A DNA stretch of 64,000 nucleotides, from positions 6,858-70,857 of the forward strand of contig PLLJ01000038.1 in NCBI GenBank assembly GCA_003140935.1, given 5' to 3'. This DNA is from Candidatus Omnitrophota bacterium. Lineage in GTDB: Bacteria; Omnitrophota; Omnitrophia; Omnitrophales; Aquincolibacteriaceae. How positions within the stretch are numbered: the first letter of the stretch is position 1; the number at the start of each line of letters is the position of its first letter. A program made the position numbers and the translations under genes. The notes beneath the pieces are model-generated. The model did not search any database. It had not been told where the DNA came from and was given only the letters and a program-made list of their open reading frames with translations. Below, one piece after another: positions 17,554 to 28,140 of the stretch.

Positions 17554-18990
17554 TTAATCCTTTGGCCGTTTTTCAAATAAAGACTGAAGAAGGAACAGGA
17601 CAATGAGATACGCGCCGCGGATCATGCCGAACAATGCGGCCGGGGAACGGACACAGAGCAGCTTCCGCCCGATATAACGGGGCCGGAAATAAAACCGCCA
17701 AAAAGCGCGCTTCTGGGCCGCCTGGAGTTCTTCGGGCGTCAATTCGCAAACACTGATCGCCGGGGCCAGCTTGGCATGCCCCAGATAACGGTCCCAGTGA
17801 CTTTCATCGATCAGCCCCTTCTTCATCAGGTCCTCAAAGATCTTGGACCCCGGCATCGGCACCAGCGCGCAAAAATTCGCATAATCCGAGTCCAGCTCCA
17901 GAGCCACGCGGAGCGTATCGTTCATCGTTTGACGCGTGTCCCCCGGATGGCCGAAGATGTAACTGCAGAGCGTGCTGATCCCGTATTTCCTGCACAGGCG
18001 GACCGCCTCACGGGCCTGGTCCAGGGTGATGCCTTTATCTATTTTTTTCAACATTTCCGGGTTCCCGGACTCAATGCCGAACGCCATCCCCGTGCAGTGC
18101 GCCCGCTTCATCGCCGAAACCGTTTCCTCGTCGAGGGTGTTGACGCGCGCGTGGCAATTCCAGCGCATGTTGAGCTTCAACTCACTGAAAAGAGCGCAGA
18201 ATTCCAGGATCCATTTTTTATGGACGGTGAACGTGTCATCCACGATCAGGACCTCGCTGTAACCTTCGCCTTCAAGAAGCCTCATTTCCTCGATCACGTT
18301 CTTCGGGGATCTTTGATTGAAATGACGCCCGTAGATCGATTTGGAGCAGAAAACACAACCGTAAGGACACCCGCGGCTGGTAAGCATGGCGGTGTTTTTC
18401 CCGGAAGTGGCGCGCCGGTTGACATTCATGCCGTATTTGGATGGATCGAAAAGATCGCGCTTGGGAAAAGGTATTTTGTCGATCTCCAGGATCGGGGGAC
18501 GCCTGGGATTGACATGGATCTTCCCGTCGCGGCGGTAAACAAGATTAAGGATACCCGACGGGTCCTTTTTTTCACGGAGCGCGATAAGGAGTTCACGGAA
18601 AGCCTCTTCTCCTTCCCCCACCACCCCATAATCGATGGAAGGTTCCGCAAGAGTGCTCTCGGGCAACGCCGAACAGTGGACGCCGCCCACCACAACGATC
18701 GCGTGAGGATGAATCCCTTTGACCACCCTCGCCATTTCCCACGCAGTCGATACGGTGGCGGTCATCACGCTGATCGCAACAATATCCGGGGCCTCGCGCG
18801 CGATGACCTCGCGATATTGCTCCGGCTTTAATTTCAGGGCATTATTATCCAATCCGGCCAATTCGATCCCCGGAATATCCTGAACGTACGCGCCAAGGTA
18901 GGACAGTCCCAAAGGGACCGATACCCCGCCCTTTTCGCTAAAAGAAGCCGCGAGCTCACTATCGTTGGGGCAGGCCAGCAGGACTTTCAT
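17554..18990 (-). CDS. B12-binding domain radical SAM protein
   Basis: PLGLSYL, GGVH, GEGE, TSRGCPYGCVFC, DDTFT, GIESG, PMPGS. Start ATG 18990 overlaps the upstream stop. Confidence 0.93.
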   Translation of the reverse strand: MKVLLACPNDSELAASFSEKGGVSVPLGLSYLGAYVQDIPGIELAGLDNNALKLKPEQYREVIAREAPDIVAISVMTATVSTAWEMARVVKGIHPHAIVVVGGVHCSALPESTLAEPSIDYGVVGEGEEAFRELLIALREKKDPSGILNLVYRRDGKIHVNPRRPPILEIDKIPFPKRDLFDPSKYGMNVNRRATSGKNTAMLTSRGCPYGCVFCSKSIYGRHFNQRSPKNVIEEMRLLEGEGYSEVLIVDDTFTVHKKWILEFCALFSELKLNMRWNCHARVNTLDEETVSAMKRAHCTGMAFGIESGNPEMLKKIDKGITLDQAREAVRLCRKYGISTLCSYIFGHPGDTRQTMNDTLRVALELDSDYANFCALVPMPGSKIFEDLMKKGLIDESHWDRYLGHAKLAPAISVCELTPEELQAAQKRAFWRFYFRPRYIGRKLLCVRSPAALFGMIRGAYLIVLFLLQSLFEKRPKD

Positions 18991-20402
18991 GCGGAGGCCT
19001 TTCTCAACCAATGGTACATGTTCCATCCCGTCTGTAAGGTGCTCCGGAGCTGTCCGAAAGACCGGATATCGGTCAGGGTCCGTAACATGTTGGAAGGACG
19101 CAAATAAAAACGTCGCGTGGCCAAACGGACCAATGCCTCCATGCGGTCACGGGTCAAACGGCCCTCCACGCCGATCTCAAATGAGTCCTGGAAAGGCGAT
19201 CCTTTTTCACTGCCTTGCTTTGTTAACCGGCAATCCTCATATTTTCCGTTTTTAATATCGAAATAGAAAGGACTCCCCGGATACACGGTCATCACCGCCC
19301 AATTGACATAGTGCAACTTCAGCCGGTCGGCAAAATTCATGGTTTCTTTCACGGTCTCTTCCGTCTCGCCCGGGAGCCCGATCATGAAATAGCCGGTCAC
19401 CCGGATCCCGGCGCGTTTCGTTTCCCGGACCGCGGTTTCGATCTGTTCCCGGGTGACCCCCTTCTGCACGGTATTCCTCAAAGCCTCATTCCCCGATTCA
19501 ATGCCGTAACTGACCATCCAGCATCCGGCCTTTTTCATCAGGCCCAAAAGTTCCGCATCCACGAGATCGCACCGGGTCGTGCAGGACCAGATGAGGTCCA
19601 GATCCGCCGCGATCAGGCGCTCCATGATCTCCGCCGTCCTTTGACGATTCATCGTCAGGTCATCATCATAAAAATGGATCTCCCGCACGTGGTAACGGGT
19701 CACGAGTTCCCGGAGATCATCCACGACACGTTCCGAAGAGAATGCCCGGTAAGAATCCCCGAAGACACTTTTGGAACAATAGGCGCAATGAAAAGGACAG
19801 CCGCGCGAGGTGATCTCATTCATGTAGCGCCACCGCCGGCCATACGGCAGATGAGGACGATACGCATCGATCCGGAAGAGATCTCGGGCGGGACGCGGCA
19901 GACTTTCCAGATCGCGGATATGTTCACGCGGAGGCCCCAGGGTCACGATTTCGCCTTCCCGCCAGATCGTTCCCCGCAAACCTTTGGGTGTCTGGCCGGT
20001 ACGCAGATATTCTTCAAGAATTTCCTTCAATGTGATCTCACCTTCTCCGAAGACGGCGAGATCCGCCTCAGGGAATTCATAAAGGGTTTCTTGGGTCAAA
20101 GCCGAGACATGCGGACCACCGATCACCAAGAGCGTTTTCGGAAAAAGTGTGCGGGCCATAGTGACGGCTTGCCGGGCACCTTCCCGGTTAGGCGTTAACA
20201 CGCTCACTCCGGTCACCTGGGGCGGACGCAGTTCCGCAAAACGACGCTGTAACGCGTCAAGCGTATGGAGGCCTTCGGCCCAAGCATCCACGACCTGGAC
20301 AGAATAACCCGCCTCCAAGGCCACAGCAGCCAGGGACGCCAAGCCGAGAGGGATCATCGGATGAGGGTTCAATGAATAGGGATTGATAAGAAGTAAGTCC
20401 AA
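18987..20402 (-). CDS. B12-binding domain radical SAM protein
   Basis: LLINP..PLGLASL, GGPH, GEGE, TSRGCPFHCAYC, DDDLT, GIESG, GLPGET. Probable TTG start at 20402; ORF extends to 20456. Confidence 0.93.
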   Translation of the reverse strand: MDLLLINPYSLNPHPMIPLGLASLAAVALEAGYSVQVVDAWAEGLHTLDALQRRFAELRPPQVTGVSVLTPNREGARQAVTMARTLFPKTLLVIGGPHVSALTQETLYEFPEADLAVFGEGEITLKEILEEYLRTGQTPKGLRGTIWREGEIVTLGPPREHIRDLESLPRPARDLFRIDAYRPHLPYGRRWRYMNEITSRGCPFHCAYCSKSVFGDSYRAFSSERVVDDLRELVTRYHVREIHFYDDDLTMNRQRTAEIMERLIAADLDLIWSCTTRCDLVDAELLGLMKKAGCWMVSYGIESGNEALRNTVQKGVTREQIETAVRETKRAGIRVTGYFMIGLPGETEETVKETMNFADRLKLHYVNWAVMTVYPGSPFYFDIKNGKYEDCRLTKQGSEKGSPFQDSFEIGVEGRLTRDRMEALVRLATRRFYLRPSNMLRTLTDIRSFGQLRSTLQTGWNMYHWLRKASA

Positions 20403-20412
20403 AATGGCTTCC

Positions 20413-21873
20413 TCAGGTTCCAAACATGGCGTATTTAAAAAATTTACGTCCCGCATGCCAGAACTTCACGGCCTCGCGGGGATCTTTCACGATCCTCCAA
20501 AGGGCGCCGGCCAGGTAGCCCGGCCGCAAATAGTAACGGACGACGATGCGGTGCATGGCTTTTTTCATGTCTTCGCCCGAAAGACCCGGATAATCCATCA
20601 TCACATTCTGCGCTCCCTCCGGGGTCAGGAATTGCGAGAAATCCTCGGTCTTTAGAAATTTATTCTCTTTAAGCCAGTCGTAAAATTCCGTACCGGGAAG
20701 CGGCAGGGCGATCGAGACCTGCATCGTCGCGGGCTTCAAGCGCAACGCCGCCCTGAAAGTCTCTTCGATCGTTCCGGGAGTTTCGCCCGGAAGACCGATG
20801 ATGAAATCGCCGTGCACCTGGATGCCGGCCTTGCGCGCGGCCCCGGCAAAATCCTCCATCTGCTTCAGGGTGATGCCTTTTTTGATCCGCTTCAGGATCT
20901 CCGGGCTCCCGGATTCGTACCCGGCCACCATCGCGCGGCAGCCCGCTTTTTTCATGAGCCGGAGAAGCCCGAGGTCGGTGATATTGGGCCGGACATTGGC
21001 GCACCAGTTGATCTTGTACCCTCCCGCGATCTTCCGCTCGCAGAATTCCCGGACACGCGGGAGGTCGAAGGTGAAAGTGTCGTCATCGATCATCAGTTCT
21101 TTGACGTAAGGCGCCCGGTCGCGGAAATAGTCCAGTTCGGCAAAAATACTGTCGAGACTGCGCTTGCGGTACTTCCGGCCCATCAGGGTCTGCGGCCACA
21201 GGCAGAAAACACATTGCGCGTAGCAGCCCCGTCCGAAATAGGTCTGGACCCACGGGTAAAGCAAATAATCCATGTGATAATGATAAATATTCAGATGTTT
21301 TTCGATGACCTGGATGGAAAAAGGCAGCTCATCGAGGTTCTCGATCGGGGGCGGCGGTTCATTGGCCGTAAATTTCCCGTCGCGAAGATACGCGAGACCC
21401 GCAAGCGATGAAGGATCGCCTCCCCGGTCCATCACGGCCGCCATATCACGCAGCACATAGTCGAATTCACGGCAGATCACGTAATCCGTCCCCGGTGAGC
21501 GGCGCAGGGAATCCTCGGGCAGGACGGAAACATGAGGTCCTGTGATCACGGTGGTCGCTTGCGGACACGCCCGCTTCAAGAGGTCCGTTATTTCCAGGTC
21601 GTTGACGATGCTTCCGGTCGCCGTGTAAACGACGATCATTTGGGGATCAAATCCCTTCACCTCGGCTAAAAGTTCCTCACGGGATTGCTTTTTGGCCGGG
21701 CTGTCGATCAGACGCGTCTCATGTCCGGCCTTGTCGAGCACTCCGGTCGCATAGATCAGCCAGATCGGCATCCACAGGGCCGTGCCTTTGCTGGAAGCTT
21801 GCCAACGGGCGCCGCGGCAAAACCGGTCCGTAAAGGGCGGATTGATCAGGCAAATTTTCATCTTGAATAGCAC
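20413..21873 (-). CDS. B12-binding domain radical SAM protein, HpnJ-like
   Basis: LINPP..RWQA..WMPIWL, EFDY, LLYPWV, GRGCYAQCVFCLWPQT, DDDTFT, GYESG, HGDFIIGLPGET, QVSIA; recalls the HpnJ subfamily. Confidence 0.9.
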   Translation of the reverse strand: MLFKMKICLINPPFTDRFCRGARWQASSKGTALWMPIWLIYATGVLDKAGHETRLIDSPAKKQSREELLAEVKGFDPQMIVVYTATGSIVNDLEITDLLKRACPQATTVITGPHVSVLPEDSLRRSPGTDYVICREFDYVLRDMAAVMDRGGDPSSLAGLAYLRDGKFTANEPPPPIENLDELPFSIQVIEKHLNIYHYHMDYLLYPWVQTYFGRGCYAQCVFCLWPQTLMGRKYRKRSLDSIFAELDYFRDRAPYVKELMIDDDTFTFDLPRVREFCERKIAGGYKINWCANVRPNITDLGLLRLMKKAGCRAMVAGYESGSPEILKRIKKGITLKQMEDFAGAARKAGIQVHGDFIIGLPGETPGTIEETFRAALRLKPATMQVSIALPLPGTEFYDWLKENKFLKTEDFSQFLTPEGAQNVMMDYPGLSGEDMKKAMHRIVVRYYLRPGYLAGALWRIVKDPREAVKFWHAGRKFFKYAMFGT

Positions 21874-22193
21874 CTCAACTATGGGATCAAACCATGCCGG
21901 GCATCAACAGACTCGGACGCTCTTTCCCATTCGATCTTTCCCTTGGACACACCCCTCCTTCGCACTCGAAAGAGCCCGGAAGATAGGGCATTGAATGAGC
22001 TTCTCTGAAATTGTAATACATTTCCACGCAATCAAAAATCTTTCTTTTCGTTTCATGACTCTCTAGCGGAAAGTCACCGTGTGGGCCGGGACAGACGGGA
22101 AGAAGGGCCGTAGGGGTACCGGTCCTGAGAGGGAAAAGAAGGCGTGTGAGTCACGGGAGACACTCAAGGAAATTTGCCGGAAAGTGACGCGGA

Positions 22194-22598
22194 CTAACGT
22201 ATCTGAAGGACGTGTTCGATCTTGCCTCTGAGATTGGCCAGATCAAAAGGCTTCTCGATGAAACCGCTGATCCCCTCGAACTCGAAGAGGGGCCGCATCT
22301 TCACCCCCGCTCCGGTGATCACGATCACGGGAGTTTTTCTGATGCGGGTCTGTTTTTCAAGATCCCGGTGGCGATAAAAACGGACGTTGCGGAGATAAGT
22401 CAGTCCATCCTCGCCCTTGGGAATGAGAATATCAAGAAGCACACAATCGGGCTTTGCTTCCTCGGTCTTCCGGAAACCTTCCGCCCCATCGGTTGCGGTC
22501 AGGATCGTATAGCCCAAAGGCTCGAGCTTTTCTTTGATGATCTGGCAGACATCCTCTTCGTCATCGATGACCAGGATACATTTTTTATTCTCTGGCAT
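22194..22598 (-). CDS. Single-domain response regulator (receiver)
   Basis: ILVIDDE, LLDILIP (phospho-Asp), VIVITG, IEKPF. Confidence 0.93.
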   Translation of the reverse strand: MPENKKCILVIDDEEDVCQIIKEKLEPLGYTILTATDGAEGFRKTEEAKPDCVLLDILIPKGEDGLTYLRNVRFYRHRDLEKQTRIRKTPVIVITGAGVKMRPLFEFEGISGFIEKPFDLANLRGKIEHVLQIR

Positions 22599-22723
22599 TG
22601 CCGCCTCGCTCAAAGGTTTAAACGTCTTTACTATCGTCAAGAACGCCCGCGAACTGAACGAGCCCGGGCAATTCTATGACGCGCTCAGTGGGATATCAGA
22701 ATAATTCCCCAAAAAGCGCCTTT

Positions 22724-23230
22724 TTATTCCTTTTCACTCTTCGCATCCATTTGTTTTTCCAGTTCTTGCATTATTTCTTTCGTTAATGGCTCTTTCTGGT
22801 CATACCGCAACACTCCTTGGATATCCCCGTTCTTGTAAGCCATTTCGCCTTTCAATTCTCCGTTTTCGTAATACGCCTTAAAAGGCCCGTCCCGCTTTCC
22901 ATCCTTGTAAGATATCTCCGACCGCAATTTCCCGCTTTTGTAATATTCCTTAACGGTCCCCTCCTGCTTTCCGTCCTTATAAGGTGTCTCCGACTTCAAG
23001 GGCCCGCTTTCGTAATACTCCTTAACCGTCCACTCCGATGTCTTGTTCCCATAAATCTTCTCTGCAAATAATTGTCCGCTTTTATACTGCCACCTCACGG
23101 GCTTCCTGGCGGGTTCCTGAGCTTGTCCCGTCGCGGGGCCCTCCCCGTATCCCGCAGCATGAAAGAGGAGCACCGAAAAGACAACCCCTCCGATCAACCC
23201 GCCCATAAAAGTCCGCACTTTGATATTCAT
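22724..23230 (-). CDS. Membrane-anchored MORN-variant repeat protein (YwqK-like)
   Basis: N-terminal TM, then repeats YYESGPLKSE / YYKSGKLRSE / YYENGELKGE with YKDGKxxG. Confidence 0.88.
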   Translation of the reverse strand: MNIKVRTFMGGLIGGVVFSVLLFHAAGYGEGPATGQAQEPARKPVRWQYKSGQLFAEKIYGNKTSEWTVKEYYESGPLKSETPYKDGKQEGTVKEYYKSGKLRSEISYKDGKRDGPFKAYYENGELKGEMAYKNGDIQGVLRYDQKEPLTKEIMQELEKQMDAKSEKE

Positions 23231-23359
23231 CCCTACGACCCTCTTCTGCTTTCTTAATGGAACGCCTTAAAATAGATATTTGATAGCATTTTACGTCTAA
23301 AAATCAAAAAAGCCACAGAAAGGTACCGGGGACCTTGAGGATAGGTCGCTTGCGTCAGA

Positions 23360-23770
23360 CTAATTGTTTCTCCGCGAGTCCTTCGTATGCCCGGGTTTGT
23401 GCCGGACATAGAGATAGAACAGGATCCCCAGGGCCGTCCAGATCATGTCAGAGAGAGCGTCCTCGAGTTTGCACAATCTCCCGGGAACGAAACCCTGGTG
23501 CCATTCGTCCGAAAAAGCAAAGAGTGTTGTCAGGATCCAGGCGAGGACCGAGGACTTGAGACGTGAGGCGTCAGGCCGGCGGAGTAAGAACGCCCTGATC
23601 CAGAGCCCTGCTAAGACCGAGTATTCGCAGAAATGGGCCCCCTTGTGGAAATACGGCACAGGAATATCGGGAATGTCTTTTCCGGGGACCGAGGAAAGGA
23701 AGAAAATGAAGCCCATCCACAAAAGCACCGGCAGCCAAACTTGTGAAAAACTGTTCCGTGGATCGTTCAC
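23360..23770 (-). CDS. VanZ-family membrane protein
   Basis: WMGFIFFLSS, KGAHFCEYSVL, DEWHQGFVPGR...D. Confidence 0.92.
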   Translation of the reverse strand: MNDPRNSFSQVWLPVLLWMGFIFFLSSVPGKDIPDIPVPYFHKGAHFCEYSVLAGLWIRAFLLRRPDASRLKSSVLAWILTTLFAFSDEWHQGFVPGRLCKLEDALSDMIWTALGILFYLYVRHKPGHTKDSRRNN

Positions 23771-23824
23771 CCCGCGTATCTCCCTGGCCGTGTTTGAAAG
23801 GCTTTTGCCCGCGAACCTTAACTC

Positions 23825-24331
23825 TTAAAGAATGTTTTGATAGATCTCAAGATCCCGCTCTGAAAATAAAACGAAGATCACTTTTTCAAAAGCGTCCGGA
23901 TTTTCCTCCAAGAACTTCTTGACCGTTCCCACGGCGATGGCGGCGGCCTTCCGGATGGGAAACCTGTAGGCCCCGGTCGAAATGGAGGGGAACGCGACCG
24001 TTTTTAAGTGCTGGGTTTGGGCGCATGCTAAGGAATTCCTGTAACAAGCGACTAAAAGTTCTTCCTCTTGATACTTTCCCCCGTGCCAAACAGGCCCGAC
24101 GGTATGGATGATGGCGCTGACCGGCAGCTGATACCCCTTCGTGATCTTGGCTTGCCCCGTCTCGCAGCCTCCGAGACTCTTGCATTCTTCAAGCAGCTCC
24201 GGGCCGGCGGCCCGGTGAATCGCACCATCGACTCCCCCGCCCCCGAGCAGGGTCCGATTGGCCGCGTTCACGATCGCATCGCAGATAAGACGGGTAATAT
24301 CGCCTTGAATGAATTGGATCTCGGTTTTCAT
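23825..24331 (-). CDS. Macro-domain O-acetyl-ADP-ribose deacetylase (YmdB-like)
   Basis: [43 protein letters not shown]. Confidence 0.96.
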   Translation of the reverse strand: MKTEIQFIQGDITRLICDAIVNAANRTLLGGGGVDGAIHRAAGPELLEECKSLGGCETGQAKITKGYQLPVSAIIHTVGPVWHGGKYQEEELLVACYRNSLACAQTQHLKTVAFPSISTGAYRFPIRKAAAIAVGTVKKFLEENPDAFEKVIFVLFSERDLEIYQNIL

Positions 24332-24339
24332 AGAAGTGA

Positions 24340-24777
24340 TTATTTTATCTTATACTGAGCCTTTATATTTTTCGAGACTTCCGGGGCATCGTAAACGATC
24401 CCAGAGGCATCGGCCGGTTTTTCTTTATAACATCGGATGATATAAACGCTGACGGGGTAATAGTCGGGAGCCACTCGCCGGTATCCCACCGAAGTCAGGC
24501 CCGAGACGGTTTCTGATTTATCATCGGAAATAGTGAAATACTTGTAGCCGTCCCTCAGCGTGACTTCGGCGCTCCTTAACATGGAAAGATCGGCCGCGCG
24601 GGAACTCGTGGTAAAGCTGTCCCCGTCAAAGCTGATCCGATAAAGCCCTTCCTGGATCTTGGTATCGGAATAGCCCCCCGAAGAAATAAGACCCGTTCCA
24701 TAAGGTTTGTAGGCTACCGGAACAGCACACCCGCTCAGGATCAGAAGGGTCATGAATCCCACGGCAAGTTTTCTCAT
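24340..24777 (-). CDS. Lipoprotein (CC0125/CC1285-like)
   Basis: Lipobox ILSGC; [26 protein letters not shown]. Confidence 0.75.
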   Translation of the reverse strand: MRKLAVGFMTLLILSGCAVPVAYKPYGTGLISSGGYSDTKIQEGLYRISFDGDSFTTSSRAADLSMLRSAEVTLRDGYKYFTISDDKSETVSGLTSVGYRRVAPDYYPVSVYIIRCYKEKPADASGIVYDAPEVSKNIKAQYKIK

Positions 24778-25041
24778 ACCCGCTCCTTTTTCTCCCATCG
24801 AAAAACGTCTGAATCACCTTATCCCGCTTACGCGCGGGTCCGGTCATGGTGGATCCTCATCCTCCATACCAGAATATCCCCAGAGTGACCAAAATGTCGA
24901 GTGCAATAACAAAAAAATGTCTCCTCGACAGGATCCCCCGTCACCGCCACCGTAATTCCCCTACTCCCATTTCCGTTTTCACCTGATTCCGGAAAGCCCC
25001 CGTTTGAGCGTTAATAGTGGTGCCCGAAGGAGGGAGATCCT

Positions 25042-25446
25042 ATGCGACAGTTCTCATGGTTCGTTTGTATGTTTTGGCTGGGGGCGGGCATGTTCTTCGC
25101 AGGAGAGACCGCAAAGGCGTTACCCGAACAAGTGTCCTGTGTCATTGCTCCGGACAGGGCGGAAATTGCCGATTCAGGGGCGGGCTACAGCTCGATTCCC
25201 AGCGGCATCACGCCAGAGGCGAAGACAGAGGGTCTTCCCCGAGTCCGGAGCACTTTTTTTGACGCCCGGCAGGTCCGAAAACTCATCGAAAACTTCGATG
25301 GGGCTCTCGATTGTGAAACAGTCGAAACAACGGTTCTGCATGACGGGATCGCGGCCCCCCCGCGTTCTCAAGGATCGCGGAGACCGGACCTGAACGGGCT
25401 ACTGCTCAGCATGAGACTTCAACACGCCCTCGAGACCTCGGCCTAG
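25042..25446 (+). CDS. Hypothetical secreted protein
   Basis: SD AGGAGGGAG before ATG; signal-peptide-like N-terminus ending AKA. Confidence 0.5.
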   Translation: MRQFSWFVCMFWLGAGMFFAGETAKALPEQVSCVIAPDRAEIADSGAGYSSIPSGITPEAKTEGLPRVRSTFFDARQVRKLIENFDGALDCETVETTVLHDGIAAPPRSQGSRRPDLNGLLLSMRLQHALETSA

Positions 25447-25511
25447 TAGAAAGGCGCCCCCGGTCGACGCCTTACGATGAACGCGATTTTACAACGGGAA
25501 GCAGGATCTTT

Positions 25512-26126
25512 TTACTGTCGCTGGCGAAGAACGAATTTTCCCATGCCGCTGTAAAAAACCACGCTGTCTACGTTCTGAGACAGGATGAGGCTCCGGATCA
25601 GGGGGTCTTTGTTGTAGAAAACTTTTTCCACGGCGCCGCCCGGGTTTATCAGTTGAATTGATTTTTGTTTAGACGCTTCTTCCAGTTCCTGAGTCAGGGG
25701 CAAAGATAATTTCTCAAAAGACGACGTTTTTTGAAGTTCCGGATGGTGGGCGACGGTATCCGCGACCTTTTCAGGGGTCACCTTCCCCGGGATCTCAAAG
25801 ATCCTTCCGTCCTTCAATTCAACCTCCCCCGAATACCAGGACATTTCATAGGTTTTCCCGTCTTTGGAAACGACCTCCGCTTTCTGAGAAAAGAACGGGT
25901 CTCCTTTGAGCGGAACATTGCCCGTATTGATAAATCGAAAGGCCGCTCTCACCTCCCCCGACGGTGAAGACTCGTCCGCGGAGAAGCTGACGGTACACAT
26001 GCGGGATTTATCGTCAGAGCCGAACCATTTGGTTCCATGCCCGGAGAAGGAATACTCGCCCGCGCAAACGCAACAGAGGTTTGCCGTCAGAAACCATATC
26101 AAGGCTGTCAGAGAAAGTTTTTTCAT
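25512..26126 (-). CDS. Hypothetical secreted protein
   Basis: MKK plus hydrophobic signal; SD AGGAGA; no recognised domain. Confidence 0.75.
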   Translation of the reverse strand: MKKLSLTALIWFLTANLCCVCAGEYSFSGHGTKWFGSDDKSRMCTVSFSADESSPSGEVRAAFRFINTGNVPLKGDPFFSQKAEVVSKDGKTYEMSWYSGEVELKDGRIFEIPGKVTPEKVADTVAHHPELQKTSSFEKLSLPLTQELEEASKQKSIQLINPGGAVEKVFYNKDPLIRSLILSQNVDSVVFYSGMGKFVLRQRQ

Positions 26127-26204
26127 TGTTCTGTCTCCCTATCCTTAAAAGCAAGCGTCCTGCAAACGGACATCCTGCATTTCTATCGCCGGCTTGACTC
26201 AACT

Positions 26205-27095
26205 TCAGGATGCCAAAAGATAATAGACCGATTGTGCCATACTGTGAATGTCTACTTTGCCATCCGCGGAGTTGGTATCGGTTTGAATTTTAGTGATCGC
26301 GGCCGCTCGAGCATGAGTTCTATAATCTAGATAAGCTGTTTCCTGCACTTGAGCCCGGTGATAAAGTATTTTATTTTTGAAAAATATTTTTGAACGCTGC
26401 GTCTCGATCTGCTTAGCGTTAGTTTCAATGACGGCACAACGACGCCCTTTCACTTCAGCAAAGCCCACGAGCTTACTTTGAGCTTCAAACTTATGTTGCG
26501 AAGGGACTGCCTTGGGATCGATCAGGAGAGTCATGGATTCTTCATAATGCCAGGTATCTCCGATCTTTACGGGTTTTTCAGGGAGTACCGGCGTGCGGGT
26601 CCAATGCGTTACCTTGAATTTCCCGGATTGAGTATCGTGAAGACCTTGAATTAATTTCACGATTTCATCGCGATCGGTGACTTCGAGTTCATCTGTAAGT
26701 TTATCCATCATGGCCCCGGACTGTTTTTCGATGACAGATTCGGAACGAACGCGATAGGAATCGGGCTGGCTCCCAAGCGCATAAAAAGAGGTCCGGAATT
26801 CGTTCAGCTTGACCTGGATGCCTTGGTTTTCCTTTTGCGGAATGAGCGCATACATCGTCGTTTCTTCGCGCGACTTCAGGATATTCGTCGGAGGAGGTTT
26901 AAGGCGCAGAAGGACCCCTCTTTGTTCTTCGGAATCCGGCTTGACGTTGACAACCTCCAAACGCTGGAAAGGGTTTTCGAACGCAACCTCCGTGATATGA
27001 AAATCCAGTCCTGCACAGCCATAGAACGGCAGAAGAACCATGATGAAAAGCATCCGAGGGAAAAACCGTACTAATATCTTCTTCATGCTCATCAT
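26205..27095 (-). CDS. Hypothetical lipoprotein
   Basis: Lipobox-like FYGC; beta-rich; LPEKPVKIGDTW motif. Confidence 0.75.
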   Translation of the reverse strand: MMSMKKILVRFFPRMLFIMVLLPFYGCAGLDFHITEVAFENPFQRLEVVNVKPDSEEQRGVLLRLKPPPTNILKSREETTMYALIPQKENQGIQVKLNEFRTSFYALGSQPDSYRVRSESVIEKQSGAMMDKLTDELEVTDRDEIVKLIQGLHDTQSGKFKVTHWTRTPVLPEKPVKIGDTWHYEESMTLLIDPKAVPSQHKFEAQSKLVGFAEVKGRRCAVIETNAKQIETQRSKIFFKNKILYHRAQVQETAYLDYRTHARAAAITKIQTDTNSADGKVDIHSMAQSVYYLLAS

Positions 27096-27194
27096 ATCTC
27101 TTTTTAATGCTGTGGTTCAAAACCCGCCATTTCCCTTCCCGGAGGTTTTTAGGATCGTGATGTTCGCGGGTCACGGCTCCCTTTTTCTTTTCTC

Positions 27195-27398
27195 TCAGTG
27201 ACTCGCATAGGGACCAAGGATCGGCTGGCAATCCCTCTTCATGGCCTCCCCGTTACCCAAATTCTTCTCAATGCACTCCCGGTACATCCGTGTTAATTTC
27301 GCTTCGTCCCGGCTTACTTGCAAGTCCACGGCTGACTGAGTACTGCAACAACCGCTTAATGTCAAAACCAGCAGGGCCAACAGAATCATACGCATCAT
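27195..27398 (-). CDS. Small hypothetical lipoprotein
   Basis: Lipobox TLSGC; SD AAGGAG; coupled to the upstream gene. Confidence 0.7.
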   Translation of the reverse strand: MMRMILLALLVLTLSGCCSTQSAVDLQVSRDEAKLTRMYRECIEKNLGNGEAMKRDCQPILGPYASH

Positions 27399-27408
27399 GG
27401 AGTCTCCT

Positions 27409-27915
27409 TTAGATAGTCACACCTTCCGCACTCAATATTTCCCATTCATAATGTGCATTTTTACTCCCGGAAAGGACCGGAAAGCCGAAATTGCCGACCT
27501 GAAGTGGGGCGATGGATAAATTATCATCCATATAAACCCGTTGGATCTGGCGATCTTGTTCATTGATCGTTAATTGAATAAAAACCTTTGTGATTTTAAG
27601 ATTATAATTACCATTATAAATCCTGCCGGAGTAATAATCGGGAGTATAACCAAGGCCTGTAGAACCGATCAACATTTCTAATTCCGCCGGAGATAATTTC
27701 CTTCCTTTCGGCTTTTTTTTAACAGAAAACTTATCGCGGCAGGCCAATGCTATCTGCGCCTCGCCTAACTGAGTGTGTACGCTGCGCATATTTCGTAATA
27801 AGCAATCGTCATAATTTTTGGGTTCGTAACCCACATAACTCAATAGGACCGCCGAAGTGACGACCACTCCGATCAAACTGCCGATGAAAACTCCCGTTTT
27901 AACATTCATCTCCAC
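27409..27915 (-). CDS. Hypothetical membrane-anchored protein
   Basis: N-terminal TM; PKNYDDCLL..M....AC..KF two-Cys motif; SD GAGGAGG. Confidence 0.75.
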   Translation of the reverse strand: MEMNVKTGVFIGSLIGVVVTSAVLLSYVGYEPKNYDDCLLRNMRSVHTQLGEAQIALACRDKFSVKKKPKGRKLSPAELEMLIGSTGLGYTPDYYSGRIYNGNYNLKITKVFIQLTINEQDRQIQRVYMDDNLSIAPLQVGNFGFPVLSGSKNAHYEWEILSAEGVTI

Positions 27916-28083
27916 GCCCTCCTCTTATTTCTCTTCACCATTCTATCTCCTCATCCTCAACTCGAAAACGTCTAAATAACTTCGATCTGCTCCGTTGGTT
28001 TGATCTCTCCCGGCTCAAGACGCTTACTTTAAAACGCTCACCGTTTTACTCACGCCCCTTATTCCGGGGGCTTTAAAAACACG

Positions 28084-28116
28084 AAGGCCACCGGGGTTAT
28101 CCCCCGATGGCCTTTT
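28084..28116. terminator. Hairpin, probable intrinsic terminator
   Basis: aaggcca-ccgggg...cccc-cga-tggcctt-tt inverted repeat just downstream of the 28141 gene; similar hairpin at 60506-60540. Confidence 0.55.
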
Positions 28117-28140
28117 AAAATAAACGATAAACCCGTACGT

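Noticed and set aside
17776-20198. Long + strand ORFs 17776-18831 and 19311-20198 (also 5063-6031, 8663-9532, 16133-16975)
   Set aside because: Antisense shadows of well-supported genes in GC-rich coding sequence; no motifs of their own.
21874-22190. Possible cobalamin riboswitch upstream of the B12-radical-SAM cluster
   Set aside because: I could not find the conserved B12-box or GGGAA/GCCACTG elements in the correct order on the - strand.
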